A stretch of DNA of 37,023 nucleotides from an uncultured Bacteroides sp. (lineage in GTDB: Bacteria > Bacteroidota > Bacteroidia > Bacteroidales > SM23-62), in NCBI GenBank assembly GCA_964627835.1, contig CAZVLG010000485.1, positions 1 through 37,023 of the forward strand. The letters run 5' to 3'. The notes under the pieces were generated by a model. It did not search any database. It was not told the origin of the DNA and saw only the letters and a program-made list of their open reading frames with translations. Both the position numbers and the translations under genes were made by a program. The stretch's first letter is position 1. The number at the start of each line of letters is the position of its first letter. Of the stretch, positions 31,608-37,023 are shown piece by piece.

Positions 31608-33329
31608 TTAATGGAGGTCCCTCAGCACCTCATCCCCGGAGGATCCTTTCAGAAAATCGAAGTCACAGCCTTTGTCTGCCTGTTCCACGTGGTTTATGAA
31701 GAGCCGGGTATATCCTCGTTCATATGGGACCAAAGGGGCTTTCCATTCGGTTCTTCGTTTTTCCAGTTCGGCTGAAGGTACTTCCAGGCTGAGTTTCCGG
31801 TTTTTCACATCCAGTTCAATGATATCCCCATCCCTTACCAGGGCCAGGGTCCCCCCGATGGCTGATTCCGGAGAAACATGCAGCACCACGGTGCCATAAG
31901 CGGTTCCGCTCATCCGCCCGTCCGAGATCCGCACCATATCCGTTACGCCTTTCTTCAGGAGTTTTTCCGGGAGGTCCATATTGCCCACTTCGGGCATTCC
32001 CGGGTACCCTGCGGGTCCCACATTCTTCAGCACCATCACGCAGGTTTCGTCTATATCGAGGGCCGGATCATCCACCCGTTCATGGTAGTCCTCGATCGTC
32101 TCGAAAACCACTGCCCGCCCCCTGTGTTTCATCAGCGAAGAGGTGGCGGCTGAGGGCTTGATCACTGCACCGTTCTCGCAGAGGTTCCCTTTAAGAACGA
32201 CGATCCCGGCTTTCTCCTGGAAGGGTTTGTCGAGGGTGGCGATGACTTCCCGGTTATAGCAGGGTGCCCCTTTGCAGTTTTCCCCGAGGGATTTCCCGTT
32301 GGCGGTGATTGCATCCATATGCAGTTGCCCGCGCAGTTCGTCCAGGACCACCGGGAGTCCCCCGGCATAATAAAAATCTTCCATCAGGAACTTCCCTGAG
32401 GGCATGAGGTTGAGCAGCAGGGGCATCCCGCTGCCCAGGCGGTCGAAATCCTCCAGCTCAAGCCTTACCCCCACCCTGCCGGCGATCGCGAGCAGGTGAA
32501 TCATCACGTTGGTGGATCCGCCAATGGCGGAGTTCACCCGGATGACATTCTCAAAGGCTTTACGTGTCAGGAGTTGTGAGATCCTCAGGTCCTCTCTGAC
32601 CATTTCCACGATCCGGTTCCCCGTTAGATGGGCCAGGACTTTCTTCCTGGAATCCACGGCCGGTATCGCGGAGGCCCCGGGCAGGGTCAGTCCCATGGTC
32701 TCAAGCATGCAGGCCAGGCTGGAAGCCGTCCCCATGGTCATGCAATGGCCCGCGCTCCGGGACATACAGGATTCCGTCTCGATCAGGTCCTCCCGGCTTA
32801 CGGTCCCCTTCTTCATCCCCTCGGCAAGTTGCCAGGTAGCCGTCCCGGAGCCGATGTCGGTCCCCCGGAATTTACCATTGAGCATGGGTCCACCCGGAAC
32901 CACGATGGTCGGGAGTCCAACACTGGCAGCACCCATCAAGGCGGAGGGAGTTGTCTTGTCGCAGCCGGTCAGCAGGACCACCCCGTCGAGGGGGTTGGCC
33001 CTGATGGATTCCTCCACATCCATGCTTACCAGGTTCCGGTGGAGCATGGTGGTAGGCTTCATGAGGGTCTCGCCCAGTGACATAACCGGGAACTCCAGTG
33101 GAAATCCCCCGGCCTCGTACACCCCCCTCTTCACAATCTCCGCGAATTCCCTGAGGTGGGCATTGCATGGGGTCAGGTCCGACCAGGTATTGCATATGCC
33201 GATCACGGGGCGGCCCCTGAACATATGATCGGGATGACCCTGGTTCCGGAGCCAGCTCCGGTGCACATATCCCATTTTATCATCTTTGCCGAACCATTCG
33301 GCGCTGCGTAATTTTTGTTGCTTTTTCAT
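31608..33329 (-). CDS. IlvD/Edd-family sugar-acid dehydratase, pentonate (arabinonate/xylonate) dehydratase type
   Basis: Start moved to ATG 33327-33329 (MKKQQKLRSAEWFG...). Motifs: GYVHRSWLRNQGHPDHMFRGRPVIGICNTWSDLTPCNAHLREFAEIVKRGVYEAGGFPLEFPVMSLGE, LLTGCDKTTP, HCMTMGTASS (Fe-S cluster cysteines), VRISDGRMSGTAYG. First gene of the operon. Confidence 0.85.
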   Translation of the reverse strand: MKKQQKLRSAEWFGKDDKMGYVHRSWLRNQGHPDHMFRGRPVIGICNTWSDLTPCNAHLREFAEIVKRGVYEAGGFPLEFPVMSLGETLMKPTTMLHRNLVSMDVEESIRANPLDGVVLLTGCDKTTPSALMGAASVGLPTIVVPGGPMLNGKFRGTDIGSGTATWQLAEGMKKGTVSREDLIETESCMSRSAGHCMTMGTASSLACMLETMGLTLPGASAIPAVDSRKKVLAHLTGNRIVEMVREDLRISQLLTRKAFENVIRVNSAIGGSTNVMIHLLAIAGRVGVRLELEDFDRLGSGMPLLLNLMPSGKFLMEDFYYAGGLPVVLDELRGQLHMDAITANGKSLGENCKGAPCYNREVIATLDKPFQEKAGIVVLKGNLCENGAVIKPSAATSSLMKHRGRAVVFETIEDYHERVDDPALDIDETCVMVLKNVGPAGYPGMPEVGNMDLPEKLLKKGVTDMVRISDGRMSGTAYGTVVLHVSPESAIGGTLALVRDGDIIELDVKNRKLSLEVPSAELEKRRTEWKAPLVPYERGYTRLFINHVEQADKGCDFDFLKGSSGDEVLRDLH

Positions 33330-33590
33330 GATTAGAATTCCGGATTGACATTTCAAACCCATAATATAACCAGAATAAGCAAAACTATTTTAATAAATAT
33401 TACTATTTTCCACCCTAACCGGTAAAATAAAATTACCGCCTTTCGGTTGAGGGAAGGGAACCGGTAACCAGGAAAATGACAGTGACCCGGGAATGAGCTT
33501 TCCTGGCACTCAGCGTTTACACATGCGGCGCAACCTTCCCACCCAGAATCTCATCTTTTGTCTGGAATATCAACGTTCTTAATAAAGAAG

Positions 33591-34820
33591 ATGAAAAATA
33601 TATTTATGGTCTGCCTCGCAGCTGTCCTGGTGGCTGCCTGCGAAACAAATCCCGCCGAACCGGATTCGAATGACCTGAACCTGAACAAGAAATCCCAGGA
33701 ACTGCTGGAGTCCGGCGATGCATTCGGCCTCGACCTCTTCGCCGAAGTTATGCAGGAAGCCGAGCCGGGAGAAAACATCATGATCTCTCCCCTGAGCGTC
33801 ACCCTGGCCCTGGGCATGACCCTGAACGGGGCTGCCTCCGATACGCGTGCAGCAATGGAGCAGGCCCTCAGGCTGCAGGGGTTTACCCCGGAAGAGATCA
33901 ACCAGGGCTACAAGAGCATTATCGACCAGATACTGGACCTTGACCCCAAGGTGCTGATGGAGATCGCCAATTCCATCTGGTACAGGGAGGACCTTTACGT
34001 GCTGGATGATTTCATCCAGGTCAACAAGGATCATTTCTACGCGGAAATACGGCCGCTGGATTTCAGCCGTCCCGATGCCAAGGACATCATTAACGGGTGG
34101 GTCTCCGACCAGACCCATGAACTCATCCAGGAGATCATCGACCAGATCCCCCCCGATGTGGTAATGTACCTGATCAACGCCATTTATTTCAAAGGTTCGT
34201 GGACCTATGAATTTGATCCCTCGGAAACCGGGCCCAAACCTTTCTACCCGGAAGAGGGGGCTGTATTTGAAACCCCGGCCATGCGCCAGGAGGCTACGCT
34301 GAATTATTACCACAACGACCTGTTCCAGCTGGTGGAACTTCCTTATGGGGACCGGGATTTCAGCATGCTGGTCTTCCTGCCCTCAGGGAATTATACCTGT
34401 ACGGATATCCTGTCCGCGATGGATAACGAAACCTGGATAAACTGGTCAGGCCAGCTTACCGAAACCGAAGTACTGGTGCAGCTACCGAAATTCAAATTCG
34501 AGACCTTCAAGCTTCTCAACGATCCACTGAAGGGCCTTGGAATGGGGATTGCATTTACGGGAGCGGCCGACTTCACGGGCATCAACCCTGCAGGGGGCCT
34601 GTTTATAACCAGGGTCCTGCATAAAACCTTTATCGATGTGAGCGAGGAAGGGACCGAAGCTGCCGCCGTTACGGCCGTTGAAGTGGGCTACACTTCCGCC
34701 GGCGGAGGTGGCGGCCCCGTTTATTTCATTGCCCAGAAACCCTTCCTGTTTGCCATAAGGGAAAACTCAACAGGGAGTATCCTGTTCATGGGAAAACTGA
34801 GCAAGCCCGAATACGATTAA
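33591..34820 (+). CDS. serpin-family serine-protease inhibitor, lipoprotein
   Basis: Start moved to ATG 33591 (MKNIFMVCLAAVLVAAC lipobox). Serpin motifs: ISPLSVTLALGMTLNGA, INGWVSDQTHELIQEII, LINAIYFKGSWTYEF, LPKFKFE, hinge plus reactive-centre loop VSEEGTEAAAVTAVEVGYTSAGGGGGPVYFIAQKPFLFAIRE. Confidence 0.9.
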   Translation: MKNIFMVCLAAVLVAACETNPAEPDSNDLNLNKKSQELLESGDAFGLDLFAEVMQEAEPGENIMISPLSVTLALGMTLNGAASDTRAAMEQALRLQGFTPEEINQGYKSIIDQILDLDPKVLMEIANSIWYREDLYVLDDFIQVNKDHFYAEIRPLDFSRPDAKDIINGWVSDQTHELIQEIIDQIPPDVVMYLINAIYFKGSWTYEFDPSETGPKPFYPEEGAVFETPAMRQEATLNYYHNDLFQLVELPYGDRDFSMLVFLPSGNYTCTDILSAMDNETWINWSGQLTETEVLVQLPKFKFETFKLLNDPLKGLGMGIAFTGAADFTGINPAGGLFITRVLHKTFIDVSEEGTEAAAVTAVEVGYTSAGGGGGPVYFIAQKPFLFAIRENSTGSILFMGKLSKPEYD

Positions 34821-34952
34821 AAAGCGCTTAAGTTCCGCATACCTTTTTTCAACCAGGACGATTGGAGCCTTTTTACATGCCCGGCGCGGCATACCCAACC
34901 CACCAGGCCCTTGTATTAAAAAAAAAGTATATTTAGAAGCTGAACGTATTTT

Positions 34953-35672
34953 ATGATCGCAGCTTCTATGGACAACTCTGATATAATTGCCGAGAAAGAC
35001 CTGGGTTTTCAGTGGACAACCAATAACCCCTTCCTTTTTTGCGTGCATCACAAGGACGCCTACCCCCGCGGAAACGGTAAAATGGGTCCCGATGCCTCCC
35101 TCGAGGGAAGAAGGCTGGGCAACGATTTCACCCTGAAAGACGGCTGGCGGATGTACCACGGTCAGGAAATCCCGGGATTCCCCCAGCATCCGCACCGTGG
35201 CTTTGAAACCGTAACCATCGTCCTGGAGGGCATGGTCGACCATGCCGACTCCATGGGTGCGGCAGGCCGTTACGGGAACGGGGATGTCCAGTGGATGACC
35301 GCCGGGGCTGGCATACAGCATTGCGAAATGTTCCCGCTGATCCACGAGGAAAGGGACAATCCCCTGGAACTGTTCCAGATCTGGCTGAACCTTCCGGCCA
35401 GTGACAAATTCGTCGAGCCTTATTATAAAATGCTCTGGAAGGAGGATATCCCAGTACACAGGGTGGAGGACAAGGATGGCAGATCGACGGAAATCACCGT
35501 GGTGGCCGGATCGATCGGGGATGTGGCCGCCCCGCCTCCGACGCCCGATTCCTGGGCGGCCAGGACGGAAAACGAGGTTGCCATCTGGCTCATAAAGATG
35601 GGGAAAAAAACATACCATCCGGGGAAAACCGATAATTCTCCATACGGATCCAATACAAACAAGCACAAATGA
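34953..35672 (+). CDS. pirin-family protein, apparently truncated in the C-terminal cupin
   Basis: 239 aa. N-terminal cupin metal site [28 protein letters not shown]...[16 protein letters not shown] and inter-domain [11 protein letters not shown]. Recognisable sequence stops at ...VAIWLIKM and is followed by a 23-aa low-complexity tail. Its stop overlaps the next ATG (ATGA 35669-35672). Confidence 0.75.
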   Translation: MIAASMDNSDIIAEKDLGFQWTTNNPFLFCVHHKDAYPRGNGKMGPDASLEGRRLGNDFTLKDGWRMYHGQEIPGFPQHPHRGFETVTIVLEGMVDHADSMGAAGRYGNGDVQWMTAGAGIQHCEMFPLIHEERDNPLELFQIWLNLPASDKFVEPYYKMLWKEDIPVHRVEDKDGRSTEITVVAGSIGDVAAPPPTPDSWAARTENEVAIWLIKMGKKTYHPGKTDNSPYGSNTNKHK

Positions 35673-36106
35673 AAAAAGCAGAAATCCACACCGCAAAGGG
35701 GGTAATGAAGGTTGATTTTTACGAAGAGGACGCCCCGAACACCGTTGACAACTTTATAAAATTATCAAAATCAGGATTTTATAATGGCCTGACATTTCAC
35801 AGGGTCATCCCCGATTTCGTTATCCAGGGGGGATGCCCGGAAGGCACAGGCAGGGGCGGTCCGGGCTACACCATTGATTGCGAACTGGACGGCGGAAACC
35901 AGTACCACGACCGTGGCGTGCTGTCCATGGCCCATGCCGGCAGGGACACCGGCGGCTCTCAGTTCTTCATCTGCCATTCACGAAGGAATTCCAGCCATCT
36001 CGACCGTCAGCATACTTGTTTTGGCAAGGTTACGGACGGATTGGAAGTGATCGATGAGATCCAGCCAGGAGATACGATCGAAAAGATCATTATCCTGGAG
36101 GATTAG
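35669..36106 (+). CDS. cyclophilin-type peptidyl-prolyl cis-trans isomerase
   Basis: 145 aa. Motifs: [72 protein letters not shown]. Stop TAG 36104-36106. Confidence 0.9.
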   Translation: MKKAEIHTAKGVMKVDFYEEDAPNTVDNFIKLSKSGFYNGLTFHRVIPDFVIQGGCPEGTGRGGPGYTIDCELDGGNQYHDRGVLSMAHAGRDTGGSQFFICHSRRNSSHLDRQHTCFGKVTDGLEVIDEIQPGDTIEKIIILED

Positions 36107-36224
36107 CCGGGATCGGTAAGGTTTACTGATCCGGCATCCACCATCCCGTCAGCTTCCGGATGGAAGTTATGATCATTTTTCCGATCATTCACCAAAAGAT
36201 GGCAAGTATTTAAGCCTTCGTCTC

Positions 36225-36253
36225 TTGACTTTACCACGGCGATGCCGTATCTT
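36225..36253 (+). promoter_or_regulatory. sigma70-like TTGACT-N17-TATCTT upstream of the terminal ORF (speculative)
   Basis: TTGACT at 36225-36230, a 17-nt spacer, TATCTT at 36248-36253, 26 nt before ATG 36280. Bacteroidota housekeeping promoters normally use a different consensus (TTTG / TAnnTTTG), so this may be a chance match. Confidence 0.15.
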
Positions 36254-36279
36254 GGGGTTAATCCCCCAAATCGAATACC

Positions 36280-37023
36280 ATGAGCCAGTACGTCTATTTG
36301 TCCGCCACACCCGAATCGCTGGTAGCCTCGCAATTGCCGCCGGTCGAGTTCGGAAATTACCTTGCCGTTGGTACCCGGAAAAGGACCAGGGGTCAGGCGC
36401 TATTTATCGAGATCGATATGGATAAGATGGAAAGCCTCCCCCACGATTTCATTAACAAGCGGCTGGTGCCATACGAAGACGGCGAGCCTAAACGCTCCGT
36501 ATTTCTTTCCATATACAGGGTAATGGAGCAGGTTCCCCTGGAGGCACTCAAAAACCTGTACCTGGTAACAGACGACGGGAAGGTACTCGAACTGAAGGCA
36601 GGCAAGTACAAGGCCCCGGCCGAAGAAATCATTTACCTCTACCAGCAATTCAACCCGATCGAAACCAGGGTGGCCAGCAAGCTAACTCCCCCGGAATTCA
36701 TCCAGTTCCTCACGGACCCTGAAAAGAAGGTATACACCCCTAAGCTTATGATCGTTGAACTGAAGCTGGGCAAACTGTCGAAGGATTCCTATGCGCCTCT
36801 TCATGACCTTCCCTATCCCAACCCGGATCACCTGAGAGATTGCCTGTCCAGGTTGAAATCCTCGGAGGAAAGGCTGACCAAAACCGTGCTCCGCCAGTAC
36901 AAGGGGGAATTATCCTACCGGACCATCAAGGACGGCTTCTTTATCGGTGAGAAGGATCAATTCCTGTTCTACCCCTTCCCCTCCATCGAGGAGCTCGAAG
37001 ACAAGTACTACAACTGGTGGCGC
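36280..37023 (+). CDS. conserved-looking hypothetical protein, 3'-truncated by the window edge (absent from the supplied ORF track)
   Basis: I translated frame 1 by hand from ATG 36280 to the last base: 248 codons with no stop (MSQYVYLSATPESLVASQLPPVEFGNYLAVGTRKRTRGQALFIEID...FPSIEELEDKYYNWWR). Balanced, protein-like composition. The nearest upstream in-frame stop is TGA 36226-36228. No family recognised. Confidence 0.65.
   Translation, partial: MSQYVYLSATPESLVASQLPPVEFGNYLAVGTRKRTRGQALFIEIDMDKMESLPHDFINKRLVPYEDGEPKRSVFLSIYRVMEQVPLEALKNLYLVTDDGKVLELKAGKYKAPAEEIIYLYQQFNPIETRVASKLTPPEFIQFLTDPEKKVYTPKLMIVELKLGKLSKDSYAPLHDLPYPNPDHLRDCLSRLKSSEERLTKTVLRQYKGELSYRTIKDGFFIGEKDQFLFYPFPSIEELEDKYYNWWR

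Noticed and set aside
34767-35696. 309-aa minus-strand ORF covering the serpin 3' end, the AT-rich spacer and the entire pirin gene.
   Set aside because: The plus strand encodes an unmistakable pirin metal-binding motif. The antisense translation is Arg/Gly/His/Pro-rich with no recognisable domain. Its continuity across the spacer looks coincidental.
36106-36135. Hairpin GCCGGGATC...GATCCGGC right after the cyclophilin stop as an intrinsic terminator.
   Set aside because: The stem has a bulge, the loop is 13 nt and no U-tract follows. This is too weak to list as a feature.

Overview
GC-rich chromosomal segment from a T9SS-bearing FCB-group bacterium, most likely Bacteroidota. Three full-length proteins plus one gene remnant end in Por/T9SS C-terminal sorting domains, and there is also a FISUMP-domain protein and a CarboxypepD_reg-TonB receptor. 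Left to right: the 3' two-thirds of carB, split by a 1-nt deletion; a TonB-dependent receptor; two small OM beta-barrels; a T9SS/FISUMP surface-protein pair; a somewhat lower-GC cassette of a SAM methyltransferase plus an AlbA_2/Schlafen-like ATPase-HTH protein; two overlapping paralogous secreted proteins of unknown function; a T9SS-secreted CBM-GH43; TPR protein, S41 peptidase and a small lipoprotein; and a T9SS-secreted LTD-CotH kinase. Next comes a furanosidase block (propeller lipoprotein, esterase, GH172, GH127-like). It lies tail-to-tail with a four-gene non-phosphorylative pentonate (Weimberg-type) operon: IlvD/Edd dehydratase, GntP permease, KdaD/XylX-like FAH dehydratase and alpha-ketoglutarate-semialdehyde dehydrogenase. 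The window ends with a lipoprotein serpin, a short pirin, a cyclophilin and an ORF that runs off the window and is missing from the ORF track. I recognised no rRNA, tRNA, CRISPR array, transposase or integrase. The most notable observations are the GH172/GH127 plus pentonate-operon neighbourhood, an in-frame tandem duplication of the GH127 3' end including its stop codon, a 12-nt x 8 coding microsatellite, a second 63-bp tandem repeat, and an unusual density of gene lesions and remnants. All family calls rest on motif recognition by eye; no database search was possible.
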